DNA of 64,000 bases from an uncultured candidate division Zixibacteria bacterium (GTDB lineage: Bacteria; Zixibacteria; MSB-5A5; RBG-16-43-9), in assembly GCA_963713865.1 (NCBI GenBank), contig OY970208.1, forward strand, positions 1,376,001-1,440,000. Reading direction: 5' to 3'. Positions 29,688 to 41,100 of the stretch are shown piece after piece. The position numbers and the translations under genes are program-made. A model generated the notes under the pieces. That model saw only the letters and a program-made list of their open reading frames with translations, was not told the origin of the DNA and ran no database searches. Each line of letters begins with the position of its first letter. Within the stretch, counting starts at the first letter, position 1.

Positions 29688-32543
29688 ATGAAAAAGATAA
29701 GCACAGTCCAAAGGGTCCAACTTCGGATTATTTTCTTTGTCTTTCTGTGGATACTATTTTCCTTTTCAGTTATCTGGTCAAACGGGATTAACAAATCATC
29801 TTTTTACCAGGCTCTTTTAGAGGAAAGGGTAAATTTGGGTGACTCTGGATATACTTCTCAAGAAATCTTGCAACAGAGGCTGAGTAAAGATGATTTTCTG
29901 GTCAGGTCGTCTAACTTTATCTCCGGAATTCATTTTTCACCTTCGCTTAAAGCTTCCTATCTGTTAGGAGATTTCAGAGTAAATGAGGAGAATTATCCGG
30001 CAACCTTTTCTCAGAGAAAGCCAGATTTAGCTTTGTTTAAAGATGGCAGTTTTGTCTCGGTGTGGGAGGATGAGAGGAATGGTGATAAGGATATATTCTG
30101 CCAGAAAGTTAACTCCGTAGGTGGAATAACAGAGTCAAATCTTAAATTAGTTGCAGATGATCTTCATACTGACCAGTTAGAACCATCCATCTGCAGGTCT
30201 TTAGATAGCAATCTAATCCTGGTATGGGTAGATGGGACTGAGCTGAATATCTACGGAAGAAGGTATCTTCCTAACCTTTCGCCTTCAGGGGATACTTTCA
30301 GAGTAAATGATAGTCTGATTCCAAATAGTGCCTGGGAACCGGAGATTGAGTCTTTTACAGATGGGAGTTTTTTGGTGGTATGGGTAGATGTTAGTTCCGG
30401 GAATAATCTCTATGCCAGAAGATATGACTCCTCCGGGAACCCCTGGGGTCCCAGTTTTAAAGTTAATACGGTGGAAGGGATTGCACCTCCAAAATCACCT
30501 TCAGCCTCTTTTGATAAAAATGGCAGATTCGTAATTGGCTGGGAGGATTACAGAAACTTAGATGCGGATATATATTTTCAGAGATATGATTCCTCTGGTA
30601 CTCCTTCAGGTTCCAATGTCTTAGCTAATGTAGATTCGTTGAGCGAGGATCAATATTACTCTTCAGTAACCAAGATACCGAAGGGCGATTTTATGGTAAC
30701 CTGGGTGGATACCAGGGGCAGTAAAATAGATATCTATGCCCGACTGTTTGACTTTTCTGGAAATCCGAAAACTACCCGATTTAAAATTAATTCAGATGAT
30801 GGGTCAGCTCAGCACTGGGAACCAGATATTGATGCAGATTCGAATGGTAACTATCTGGTTGCCTGGGGAGATAACAGGAATGAACCATCAATTTTCTTTC
30901 AGAAATTTGATTCCACTGGTGCAATGGTTGGATCAAATATAAAGTTAAGTCAGGACGGAGTCTCTGGGTTTAAAGATGATCCGGCATTATCTGTTAAGGA
31001 AAACGGTGATTTTGACGTGGTCTGGAGCGACCACAGGGGTAAAAGCTATGACATCTATTCTCAGAAAGTTTTGGATGGGATTCTTTCCGGGATAAATTTT
31101 ATGCTGAATGATGATTTAGAGGGAGCCATACAGAAAGAACCAGCCATAACTGAAGATTTAGACAAGAATTTCATTATCACCTGGACAGACCAGAGAAACG
31201 GAAACGATGATATCTATATTAAGAAATTCGCTCGGTTCGGAGATTTAATCTTTTCTGAACGTAGAGTTAATACTAATACTTCTTCCTCTCCCTGTGCCCA
31301 ACCGGATTTAGCTATAGATGGTTCCAGAAACATATTAGTTGTCTGGCAGGATTCCAGAGATGGTTTGAATATATATGCCCAAGGATACGATCCCTCTGGC
31401 AATTCATTAGATACAAATTTTAAAGTGAATAACTCTACAGGTACCATTCTGCACAATTCTCCTGCCTGTGCTAAAGCTTATGACGGGAAAGGGGTGGTGG
31501 TCTGGTCTGCTGCCCTATCCGGGGTCAAGAATATTTACGCTCAGCGCCTTAGCAGTTCTGGTACACTGGTAGATACCAGTTTTAAAGTGAATGATGACCT
31601 GCAGGCTGTAGATCATTTAAGCCCAAAAGTTGGAATGGACAGCATCGGGAATTTCACAGTTGCCTGGTATGACCGGAGAGATTCAGAGGAAAGAATTTAT
31701 TTACAAAGGTACAATTCTTCAGGTGTTAAAATCGGATCTAACTTTGCATCTTTTTGCGATTCTTTAAATCCGATTCAGAGAGAATTCGATTTAGCTATGA
31801 ACAGTAAGGGGAATATGGTACTTAGCTGGACTCAACTGGATGGAGATAAGATAAATCTATATGCCCAGAGATATTCAAGTTCGGGTTCTATTTTAGGTAA
31901 TAATTTTCTGGTGAATGATTTTTCCGGGATCCCTGAAGCTCCTTCGGTTTCAATAGATGATGATACTTTTTTCGTTGTCGTATGGACAGATTATCGTACC
32001 GGCAATCCTGATATCTATTATCAGATCTATTATTTTAACGAAGGTATTCCCCTGGGAGCAAATTCAATTCTGAGTACTGATTTTGCAAATGCTCTCAATT
32101 TCGATCCAGATGTCACTCTTTCTCCACCCAATATTTACACTGCCTGGATGGATAACCGGATTCCAGGTTCCGGGTTTGATATCTTTGCCAGTGCCATCAA
32201 ATACAGACAGACTAAGGTCGAAGAGGAGGAAGTTAACCATCCGTTTTCGTTTGATTTGGGGCAGAATTATCCGAATCCCTTTAACCCAACCACCACCATA
32301 CCCTTCATAGCAAGTAGCAAGGAGCTTGCAGCTGGTAGTCCCATCCGTACAACCCTGATTATCTATAATATACTGGGGGAGAAGATAAGGACTTTGGTGG
32401 ATGATAAAAGACAGCCGGGGAACTATAAGATTATTTGGGATGGAAAGGATGAAAAAGGTAAAGATGTAGCCAGCGGGATTTATTTCTATAGATTGAAAAT
32501 GGGAGAGAACTCTATTTCAAAAAGGATGGTGCTTTTGAGGTAA
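29688..32543 (+). CDS. Secreted beta-rich repeat protein with C-terminal FlgD-Ig / T9SS-type-A-like sorting domain
   Basis: Signal peptide; about 12 'F(V/I)VxWxDxRxxxxDIYxQxxxxxG' repeats; 'LGQNYPNPFNPTT', 'WDGKDEKG..VASGIYFYRL..KRMVLLR'. Confidence 0.8.
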   Translation: MKKISTVQRVQLRIIFFVFLWILFSFSVIWSNGINKSSFYQALLEERVNLGDSGYTSQEILQQRLSKDDFLVRSSNFISGIHFSPSLKASYLLGDFRVNEENYPATFSQRKPDLALFKDGSFVSVWEDERNGDKDIFCQKVNSVGGITESNLKLVADDLHTDQLEPSICRSLDSNLILVWVDGTELNIYGRRYLPNLSPSGDTFRVNDSLIPNSAWEPEIESFTDGSFLVVWVDVSSGNNLYARRYDSSGNPWGPSFKVNTVEGIAPPKSPSASFDKNGRFVIGWEDYRNLDADIYFQRYDSSGTPSGSNVLANVDSLSEDQYYSSVTKIPKGDFMVTWVDTRGSKIDIYARLFDFSGNPKTTRFKINSDDGSAQHWEPDIDADSNGNYLVAWGDNRNEPSIFFQKFDSTGAMVGSNIKLSQDGVSGFKDDPALSVKENGDFDVVWSDHRGKSYDIYSQKVLDGILSGINFMLNDDLEGAIQKEPAITEDLDKNFIITWTDQRNGNDDIYIKKFARFGDLIFSERRVNTNTSSSPCAQPDLAIDGSRNILVVWQDSRDGLNIYAQGYDPSGNSLDTNFKVNNSTGTILHNSPACAKAYDGKGVVVWSAALSGVKNIYAQRLSSSGTLVDTSFKVNDDLQAVDHLSPKVGMDSIGNFTVAWYDRRDSEERIYLQRYNSSGVKIGSNFASFCDSLNPIQREFDLAMNSKGNMVLSWTQLDGDKINLYAQRYSSSGSILGNNFLVNDFSGIPEAPSVSIDDDTFFVVVWTDYRTGNPDIYYQIYYFNEGIPLGANSILSTDFANALNFDPDVTLSPPNIYTAWMDNRIPGSGFDIFASAIKYRQTKVEEEEVNHPFSFDLGQNYPNPFNPTTTIPFIASSKELAAGSPIRTTLIIYNILGEKIRTLVDDKRQPGNYKIIWDGKDEKGKDVASGIYFYRLKMGENSISKRMVLLR

Positions 32544-33005
32544 AGTCGAACAGAACGGTATACCCAGATTGCCCCCAATGTGGGCAATTCAATCCGTCTT
32601 GAGGGCAAAGCCGGATTACCTATTATTGTAGCAATAACTCTTCATAGCGCCCGATCTTTGTGTCGGGCGTAATCGTTTTGTAGTGACAGAATAGTGTTAT
32701 GTCTTTTATAGAGGGGAAATGTAGGAACAATTTCCAATTGGATCCATACTGTGCTTGAATTACTCCACAGGCGACCCTGAAAGGGTCGCACTTCGAAAAT
32801 ACTGTGAACGCTGGGATTCCCAGCCAACAATGGGCAAGCCCACCTTTAATGATTCGCACCATTAGCATAATAATCTGGTTTAAGTAAACCTTAAAATCCT
32901 AAAATATACAACGAGTTATAAATGTTCTATAATTACCACTTGACTAATTCTACATTTTGGTTAAATTAAAATCGAAAAAGAGTTTTTACTTTAATAAGGA
33001 CCAAA

Positions 33006-34625
33006 ATGAAAATAACCCGTCTCAATTTATTTTTCTTTTTTATACTTGATCTTTTCATATTTCAATTCTTAATCCTATCTGCCTTCGCAGTCATCCCCTT
33101 GGAAACTTCTCCTTCCTGGCGTTCGACTGAAACTAATGTATATTCTACAGGTGCGGTTTTTGGAGATATGGATGGGAACGGGTTTTTAGATTTAGTGGTC
33201 TCAAATGGGAACGATATGATTAAAGCTCCGAATTTCGTTTATTTCAATTATAACGGTAGATTAGATACTATTGCTGGTTGGGTCTCGGCTAATTCCGAAT
33301 TCTCCGGTCACTGTGCTTTGGGGGATATTGATAAAGATGGTTATCCGGAACTGGCAGTTTCAAACTATACTGAAAATAGCTGGGGGAAAACAGTTGTTCA
33401 GCTCTATGATAATGTCAATGGCTCTCTTTCTGTTTCACCTACCTGGTCATCTGCTGATTCGATGCATACTTTCACCTGCGCTTTCGGTGATGCGGATGGG
33501 GACGGGGATTTAGATTTAGCAGTTGCCTGTGGTGAGGCTTATAACCATTATTATGAACGTAACAGGATCTATTATAATCACAATGGAGTTTTAGAAACGA
33601 CCCCCTCCTGGATCTCCGGGGATTCTGGGTACTGTTACGACGTGGATTGGGGAGACGTGGATAATGATGGCGATCTGGATTTAGCTTTTATCTCTTCTGG
33701 AGGGCAGATAAGAGTTTATAAAAATTATAGTGATTCCATTGAAACTTTCCCCTCCTGGAAGTCAAAAGATTCAGATAACGGGAATAGTTTAGCCTGGGAC
33801 GATTTGAACAACGATGGTTATATGGATTTAGCAGTAGCTAATAATACTCAGTTGAGCGGAAAAGGTTATTTTGAAGTCTATCTGAATTATTCCGGAGTTT
33901 TAGATACACTTCCTTTCTGGACCTCATCCACCAAGGGTTATGGTTCTGCAGTTTCCTTTTGCGATGTGGATAACGATGGAGATAAAGATTTAGCTGCCGG
34001 GAGATGGTGGGGTTATTCAATGGTCTATGAAAATACAGGTGGTAATCTAACTACAACCCCTGTCTGGAGCTGTATATCTTCATATCAAAGTGTTATCGAA
34101 GAGATGGTCTGGGCAGATTTAGATGGGGATGGGTTGATAAAGATTAAAAATGAAGCTCACTCAGCAGATGGGATAAAAAAAGTTTATTATTTGAACCATT
34201 ATCCTGCTCATAAATTAGATCGGGTTATAGCAGATGAAGATACTTTGACTATAGATGACTATTGTTATAGTTTAGCCTCTGGCTGGGTCTCTTTTAAAAA
34301 CCCTCCGGTTTCTCAGGTCCTATTTGATTATAAGTTTTCTTTGAAACCGGATCTGGCTGTTAGTAACTGGGACCGGGAGAATTATTGTTTTTACAATTTG
34401 AATCAGTTATATCTAAGCGGAGATGCAAATCAGGACCAGAAGGTCTCGGTCTCAGATGTGGTATATCTGATTAATTATCTTTTAAAAGGAGGACAGGAGC
34501 CTTATTTTTTAGCCAGTGGTGATGTGACCCGCGACTGTCAAATCAACATCAATGACGTTATTTATCTGATCAATTATCTTTTCAAAGATGGACCAGCACC
34601 TTTAACCGGATGTGTAAAAGCATAA
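33006..34625 (+). CDS. FG-GAP/VCBS repeat protein with C-terminal dockerin-like domain
   Basis: About 7 'GDxDxDGxxDLA' repeats; 'GDANQDQKVSVSDVVYLINYLLKGG...GDVTRDCQININDVIYLINYLF'. Confidence 0.85.
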   Translation: MKITRLNLFFFFILDLFIFQFLILSAFAVIPLETSPSWRSTETNVYSTGAVFGDMDGNGFLDLVVSNGNDMIKAPNFVYFNYNGRLDTIAGWVSANSEFSGHCALGDIDKDGYPELAVSNYTENSWGKTVVQLYDNVNGSLSVSPTWSSADSMHTFTCAFGDADGDGDLDLAVACGEAYNHYYERNRIYYNHNGVLETTPSWISGDSGYCYDVDWGDVDNDGDLDLAFISSGGQIRVYKNYSDSIETFPSWKSKDSDNGNSLAWDDLNNDGYMDLAVANNTQLSGKGYFEVYLNYSGVLDTLPFWTSSTKGYGSAVSFCDVDNDGDKDLAAGRWWGYSMVYENTGGNLTTTPVWSCISSYQSVIEEMVWADLDGDGLIKIKNEAHSADGIKKVYYLNHYPAHKLDRVIADEDTLTIDDYCYSLASGWVSFKNPPVSQVLFDYKFSLKPDLAVSNWDRENYCFYNLNQLYLSGDANQDQKVSVSDVVYLINYLLKGGQEPYFLASGDVTRDCQININDVIYLINYLFKDGPAPLTGCVKA

Positions 34626-34656
34626 CATCAGATCCTATATTAGAATTATAAAATAA

Positions 34657-34681
34657 AAGGACAGCCATAGTGGCTGTCCTT
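34657..34681 (-). terminator. Intrinsic terminator between convergent genes
   Basis: AAGGACAGCCA-tag-TGGCTGTCCTT with an A-run on the left (U-tail on the minus strand). Confidence 0.65.
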
Positions 34682-34729
34682 ACTAGATTCAATCAGGGCG
34701 AACCTGAAAGGTTCGTCCTACGAAATTAA

Positions 34730-36073
34730 TTACTTTCCGCTGACTACCATCTCAGAGAATTTTAGTGTAGGGGAGGTGATGCTTCCCCTGAAAACCAGAT
34801 CATTACCTACCATCTCTATCCCTTTTAACATATCCATAATCGTTCCAGCAATGGTTACCTGGGAGACCGGAAAAGTAAGCTCTCCATCTTCTATCCAGAG
34901 ACCTTCTGCCATCTGGGAATAATCTCCGGTGACGATATTCATTCCAAAACCAGCTAAATCGGTTACATAAAAACCCTTTTTAACACTGCGGATAATATCT
35001 TTCGGATCAGTTTTTCCGTTCTCCAGGTAGAAATTCGAAGCTGAAATTCTGGGGATGGAGTCATAACCCCGGGAAGCATTACCGGTGGAAAAGGTTTTCA
35101 TCTTTCTGGCGGAATAATTGTTATGCAGAAAAGTTTTCAGAATCCCGTTCTCGAACACTTTTTTCCTCTGGGTAGGAATTCCTTCGCCATCGAAAAGACA
35201 GGAACCCACCCCTCTGGGTAAGAGAGCATCATCCCAAACAGTCAAAAGGTCTGAGCCGATTTTTTCATTCATCTTTCCGGCCAAAAAAGTAGAATTTTTT
35301 GCGGCTAATTCTCCGTTTACCCCATAAGAAAGTCCAGCCAGAAAACCAGAAGCAGTTAACGGGTCAAAAATAATGGGCACTTTTTGAGTTTCTATCTTTT
35401 TGGAACCGAGCATCCTTAAAGCTCTTTCTGCAGATATTTTGCCAATTCTTTCAGGAGATTCTAAATCCTCTAAAAGAGATTTATAATCCCAGAAACCATT
35501 CCCTCTTTTCTCACCATCTTTTTCAGCTATGGGTGAACAGGATAAGCTGACTGATGTTCTTTGATAGCTCAAATTCACGCCAGAGGAATTAGCCAGATGA
35601 ATCTGCGTTTCATTGTCTCGGTACTCTGCACCATCGGAATTGGTTATCCTCGAATCAGTACTGAAAGCAGTATCTTCCGCCCTTCGGGCTAATTCTATCT
35701 TCATCTCAGTTGGGAAATTCTTCAACTGGCTATCGTATATTTTTAAATCGGTTTTTTCAGGGATTGGCTCTACTTTCTCAGGTAGTCCGTTAAATTCATC
35801 CTCACTTGTATTTTTAGCCAGAAAGATGGTTTTTTCGATCAGGTCATCTAAAGGTTTTAGAGTGAAATCTGAAGTATAGGAGAAGCCTAATTTTTTATTG
35901 AGGAAAATCCTTAATCCTAATCCTTTGGTACGGGTTTGTTTCAAGACCTCGATTTCTCCTTTTCTGACCCGGATTAAAAACTCTCTGCCTTCCTCCAGAT
36001 AAACCTCAGCCTGGTCAGCCCCGGTTTTGAGTGATTTTTTTATGAGTTCTGCAGGTAATTCCTTATATTCCAT
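34730..36073 (-). CDS. pmbA: PmbA/TldE family protein
   Basis: 'GADQAEVY', 'FDGEGIP', 'TGNASR', 'TGDYS..AEGLWIEDGE'; lacks HExxxH. Confidence 0.92.
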   Translation of the reverse strand: MEYKELPAELIKKSLKTGADQAEVYLEEGREFLIRVRKGEIEVLKQTRTKGLGLRIFLNKKLGFSYTSDFTLKPLDDLIEKTIFLAKNTSEDEFNGLPEKVEPIPEKTDLKIYDSQLKNFPTEMKIELARRAEDTAFSTDSRITNSDGAEYRDNETQIHLANSSGVNLSYQRTSVSLSCSPIAEKDGEKRGNGFWDYKSLLEDLESPERIGKISAERALRMLGSKKIETQKVPIIFDPLTASGFLAGLSYGVNGELAAKNSTFLAGKMNEKIGSDLLTVWDDALLPRGVGSCLFDGEGIPTQRKKVFENGILKTFLHNNYSARKMKTFSTGNASRGYDSIPRISASNFYLENGKTDPKDIIRSVKKGFYVTDLAGFGMNIVTGDYSQMAEGLWIEDGELTFPVSQVTIAGTIMDMLKGIEMVGNDLVFRGSITSPTLKFSEMVVSGK

Positions 36074-36120
36074 TTTTTCTCCTTCTACAAGGGCGTATTT
36101 TAATACACCCCTACCTGATA

Positions 36121-37659
36121 TTAAATTACTGTGGGTTTAAAGGCGGTTCCTCCAATGGTTATTTCTGAGAACTTGATTGTCGGTTGACCCACCCCCGCAT
36201 AAACCCATTGTCCATCTTTTCCACAGGTGCCGGTGGTTTGGTCAACCAGCAAGTCATTTCCTACCATCTCAATTTTCTGGATAGCCTCCGGTCCATTACC
36301 TATCAGGACTGCACCCTTTATCGGTTTAGTTATTTTACCATCTTCAATCAAATATGCTTCACGAACCAAGAAGTTGAAGTTACCGGAGGTAGTGTCAACT
36401 GAACCGCCTCCCATTTTTTGAGCATAAATTCCTTTTTTTACAGATTTGATTATATCTTCCGGATCAGTTTTTCCCTGTTCTATAAAGGTATTGGTCATCC
36501 GGGGTATGGGAAATTCTCGATAGGAGGTTCTTCTACCGTTTCCGGTTGATTTGGTTTTCATCAAACCAGCATTCAGTTTATCATACATATAACCTTCTAA
36601 AATGCCATCCTTGACCAGCATCTTTCTCTGTCCGGGAGTTCCTTCATCGTCGATGTTGAAAGAACCTCTGCCGTAGGGGATGGTGGCATCATCTATCACA
36701 CTAACTACCTCGGAAGCAACTTTCTTTCCAAGTTTATCCGCCATTAAAGAGGTATTTTTTCTAATGCCGTCACCTTCCAAAGAATGCCCGAACGCTTCAT
36801 GGATTAAAACGCCTCCCCAGCCAGGTCCGACAACTACCGGGTTTAATCCGGCTGGAGCATCTTCTGCCTGAAGCATAACGATAGCCTGTCTAACTCCATC
36901 TTTACCTACCTTCTCCGGGGAGTTTTTCTGAAAATAATCAAAATCTACTCTTCCACCGGCAGAGGCATAACCTTCAAACCTGTTACTTCCTTCGACTGCT
37001 AAAGGATAAACCGCTAATCTGGTTATGAACTGGTCATCCTTAGCTTTCAAACCTTCAGAGTTTACTATCATAATCTTCTTAGCTTCGTCATAATAATCTA
37101 CCCTTACTTGCTCAATCCTTTTATCATAATCCCGGGATGATTGATTGGCTTTCTTTAAGAGTTCAATTTTTTTCGCCTCAGAAGCTAAAGCCACTGGTGA
37201 TTTAAGGGTGAAATATGGGTTAAGTTTTTGCAGGCTTAAATTAGCCGGTTTCTGGATATTGTCTGAGCTGGCGATAAATGCTGCCACCTCTGCGGCTTCT
37301 TTCAGCTCGGGATAGCTTAAATCATCTGAGAATGCATATCCGGTTTTTTCTCCGGAGATTACCCTGACACCAGCCCCTTGAATGATACCGTAAGTAAAGG
37401 ATTTAATTTTATCCTCATCCAGTTGTATCTCAGTTCGGATAAGATGCTGGAGATAAATCTCTGCAAATTCCCCCCCTCTGGATAAAGCAGTTTCGAGTAC
37501 CTTTTTCAAATCCTCATCTGCAAGGGTTTGTTCTAAAATATTTTTAGTATCTTCTGTGAACCCGAAGGCAGAGTTAAGCCAGAAAGGTGCGGTAAGCAAA
37601 GCTACTCCTCCTTTCAAGAAGCTCCTCCGATTGAGCTTGTTTTGATTTTTGTTAATCAT
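36121..37659 (-). CDS. tldD: TldD metalloprotease with twin-arginine signal peptide
   Basis: 'HEAFGHSLEGD', 'DDEGTP', 'PIPRMTNT', 'CGKDGQ'; N-terminus 'NRRSFLKGG...SAFG'. Confidence 0.93.
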   Translation of the reverse strand: MINKNQNKLNRRSFLKGGVALLTAPFWLNSAFGFTEDTKNILEQTLADEDLKKVLETALSRGGEFAEIYLQHLIRTEIQLDEDKIKSFTYGIIQGAGVRVISGEKTGYAFSDDLSYPELKEAAEVAAFIASSDNIQKPANLSLQKLNPYFTLKSPVALASEAKKIELLKKANQSSRDYDKRIEQVRVDYYDEAKKIMIVNSEGLKAKDDQFITRLAVYPLAVEGSNRFEGYASAGGRVDFDYFQKNSPEKVGKDGVRQAIVMLQAEDAPAGLNPVVVGPGWGGVLIHEAFGHSLEGDGIRKNTSLMADKLGKKVASEVVSVIDDATIPYGRGSFNIDDEGTPGQRKMLVKDGILEGYMYDKLNAGLMKTKSTGNGRRTSYREFPIPRMTNTFIEQGKTDPEDIIKSVKKGIYAQKMGGGSVDTTSGNFNFLVREAYLIEDGKITKPIKGAVLIGNGPEAIQKIEMVGNDLLVDQTTGTCGKDGQWVYAGVGQPTIKFSEITIGGTAFKPTVI

Positions 37660-37881
37660 AAAAAATCTCCTGTATGAAAATGATGTTTAGATTGCAATTT
37701 AAGGTTTTTTCGAAAGATGTCAAGGGGAAAGAAAAACAAACGAATGACGGATAAAACGTAGGGGAAGAGCTTGTCCCCTCCAGATTTTTTGTTTTTCGTA
37801 GCACTGCCCTTAAGGAGATTTTTGTAGGGACAACCCTTGTGGTTGTCCTTTTTTCTGTCCCTACGTTTTTTGGGCTCTGAA

Positions 37882-38053
37882 AGGGACTGTTGAAAAAGTG
37901 TTTTTGGAGTGCAAAGCTTGCTTTTACGATTTTTTTTGAAATTTAGATCTCTTTAGAGTTTAACTACTTAGATTTTTGAGAAAAACAGCACCAGCCTCAA
38001 GGTCAACTTCGACAAGCTGGTGCACTCCGATTCAGGATTTTTCAACATACCCT
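37882..38053. mobile_element. Candidate MITE (172 bp)
   Basis: Terminal inverted repeats AGGGACTGTTGAAAAA / TTTTTCAACATACCCT (14/16 match); internal GGAGTGCA/TGCACTCC; no ORF. Confidence 0.55.
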
Positions 38054-38105
38054 GAAGGGTCGCGCTACGATAAAAAAGCAGAAAATTATTTTTATCATAA
38101 AAAAA

Positions 38106-38130
38106 CCCCGGTCTTTCAAAAAGATCGGGG
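38106..38130 (-). terminator. Intrinsic terminator of the 1046-aa gene
   Basis: CCCCGGTCTTT/AAAGATCGGGG stem next to an A7 run. Confidence 0.6.
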
Positions 38131-38155
38131 CTTAAAAAATAATTAAAAGATAAGG

Positions 38156-41100
38156 TCAGCACCCAGGAGCAGGTCCTCCTTTGAAAAGATAATTAATCAT
38201 AAAGATCACATCTGAGACATTAACCTTACCGTCACATTGTATATCCCCGCAGGTTAAGATGGGTTGTGGAGGAGGGCCGCCCTTGAAAAGATAGTTAATC
38301 AAATAGATAACATCCGTCACATTAGCCTTGGCATCGGCGTTGGCATCACCCGGCATACAGGAGGGCACATAGAAACTGAAGGTTTGGGTAGACCAGGTCC
38401 CTTGAGTATTGGTATCTTTAGCTTTGACCTTCCACCAGTAGAATATTCCGATCTCCAGTTGAGGAGTAGTATAGGTTGAATCAGTTAAATTAGCCACCAC
38501 AACCGCTGTGCTGAAATCCGGAATGGTATCATAGTAGAGGTCGTATTTGACAACATCTCCGGGGTCAGGGTCCTTTGCCTTTCTCCAGATCAAAGTAGGT
38601 TCCAGGGAGGAAAGGGTATCCTCGTTTGGAGGAGAAACTAAACTGAAGGGTTTGGGTGGCTGAGGCACATAAAGGGTTACCTTGAAAGTTCCGGTTGACC
38701 ATCTGCCTGAGGTATTGATATCTCTTGCCTGAACTTTCCAGTAGTAACTGCTGTCATCCCTTACTGTGACAGTTCTTGTGGTGTCTTTCAGGTTGATAAT
38801 CTTCCTGGGATTGGTAAAGCCGGAATTAATATCATACCAGAGGTCATAGAGTATCGAGTCGCCAGGATCAGGGTCGGTAGTAGACTGCCAGTAGAAGGTG
38901 AAAGTGGAGTCGCTCAAAGTAGCATTATTTAACGGAGATAATAAAGTAAAAGTATTGGGTTGCTGAGGATAATAAACATGGAAACTCCAGTATGGATCTG
39001 TGCTCCAGCTTTCTCCTCCATAACTATCTTTTGCCTTGACCTTCCAGTAATAAGTGGAATCATCATAAAGACTGGTGGTCAGGGTTTCCAAGGTGTCGGT
39101 GGATAAGACTGAATCGTAGACTGCAAAAGTATTATCGCGGGAGTAATAAACTATGTAACTTATCGCGTCAAGTGGGTCAGGGTCAGATGGTTTATTCCAT
39201 CTCAAGGTTGGGGTGAGGACTGAAACTGTGCTTCCATTTGAAGGAGAGATCAAGGCGAATGAAGATGGTGCCACATTCAATGTGCGGAAACTCCAGTAAG
39301 GCTGGGTGCTCCAGGTTGTCAAATTAAATTTGTCTTTTACCCTTACTTTCCAGTAGTAGATAATATCATTCAATAGTCCGGGCAAAGTATAGGAAGTATC
39401 CGTGATTGCACCTGATGAATCTGTGTAAATCAGGGAATCAAGTGACCAGAAAACTTTGTAGGATAACTGGTCATTAGGATCAGGGTCTGTTGCTTTGTGC
39501 CAGTATAATTTGGGATGTAAAATTAATGTGTCCTTATCATCCGGCGAGGCTAAGCTGAAAGAATTAGGAGCTTGCGGCACATAGACATTAAACCGCCAGT
39601 TAATCTGGGTACTCCAGCGGCCGGAGGTATTTATATCTTTTGCCAGGACTTTCCAGTAATAGGTGCTATCGTCCTGGCCAGTAAAATAGTAAAAGGTATC
39701 AGGTAAGTTCGCAACAATAACGGGATTGGGGAAACCTGAACGTGAATCGTAATAAAGGTCATAGAGAATAGAATCACCAGGGTCAGGATCTGTGGTTGAG
39801 CGCCATCTCAAAGTATCTGAATACTGATAGATAGTATCAAGGTTAGGAGGGTAGACCAGGCTAAAGGTTGCAGGCTGTTGCGGGTAATAGACACGGAAAT
39901 TCCAGGTGTTGTTGCTCAAAGTAGTCTTTCCCCATTTATCCACTGCCTTGACTTTCCAGTAATACACTGTATCATCGCTTAGAGCGGGCATAACCCGGAA
40001 GGTATCTGCTATATTATAAAAAGAGTCAATTGGGGTGAAGTCACTTTCCTTAGAATAGTAAAGAGTATATTTGACAGTATCCAGTGGGTCAGGGTCGGTT
40101 GCCTTGTGCCATCTGAGTGTAGGAGTTAAGGTGGAAACAGTGGAGCCGCTATCTGGTGAAATCAAAGTAAAGGCGGCCGGGGCAACATTTACCACCAGGA
40201 TCACTGTAGTTGAATGGGTCTGGCTTCCTGTTCCCTGTATGGTCAGGGTATAAGTTCCAGCAGGTGTGGAGCCAGTGGTGTTAACATTCATAACAGAAGA
40301 GGTGGTTGGTGATTTTACAGGGTTTGGACTGAAACTGGCTGTTGTTCCACCAGGCAGACCCGAGACAGATAAGGTGCAGGGATGTGCAAATCCGTAAAGA
40401 TAACCCAGGTTTACAGTGTAGTTAGTAGAGGCACCCACATCGATCGTCCTTGAACCTGGTGTTGCTCCAATGGTAAAGTCAGGTATGGAGAAATCAGCAT
40501 CACTTCTATCCTTAGGAGCACCATCTGCAGCGTCTGAGACCCTCACCCGGTTATTAGCAGATGGCGTATTCGGGATGGTCCAGGTATGAGTTCCATCATT
40601 CGGGGTGCTGGCTATGATGGTTGTCCAGGCGGTTCCAGAATTAGTTGAATTTTCGAGTTTGACATTTCCAGTAAAGCCCACTGATCTCCAGAGTATATCC
40701 TTATTCTCCCCCACATACCAGACCTCTCCTCCATCTGGATCTAAAATCTCAAGAGCAGAGCCTAAACATCCGGCTACATACTTGGGAGTAAATCCAAGCG
40801 CGGTGGCGGAATTGGTGAACTCCAGTTGATTAGCAGGGGGGACAAAGGTAGAATCGATTATTATCCCGATGTCTGATTTCCAAGTTGAGCTGGTGGTGAA
40901 ATAGATGGTGCATATTGGACCACTGCCAGCGTTAAAAGCTCCACTCCATACTGCCCAGATATTCATTCTATAATTTGCAGTATCCACATAATTAGGGGAA
41001 GTTGGATCTCCAGCATAACTTTGCGCTGGGTTAGAAGTGAATCTTGACTCCCAATGAATAGAATCACAGCGCAGATCTAAGTTATCAGGGTTGTAAAAAG

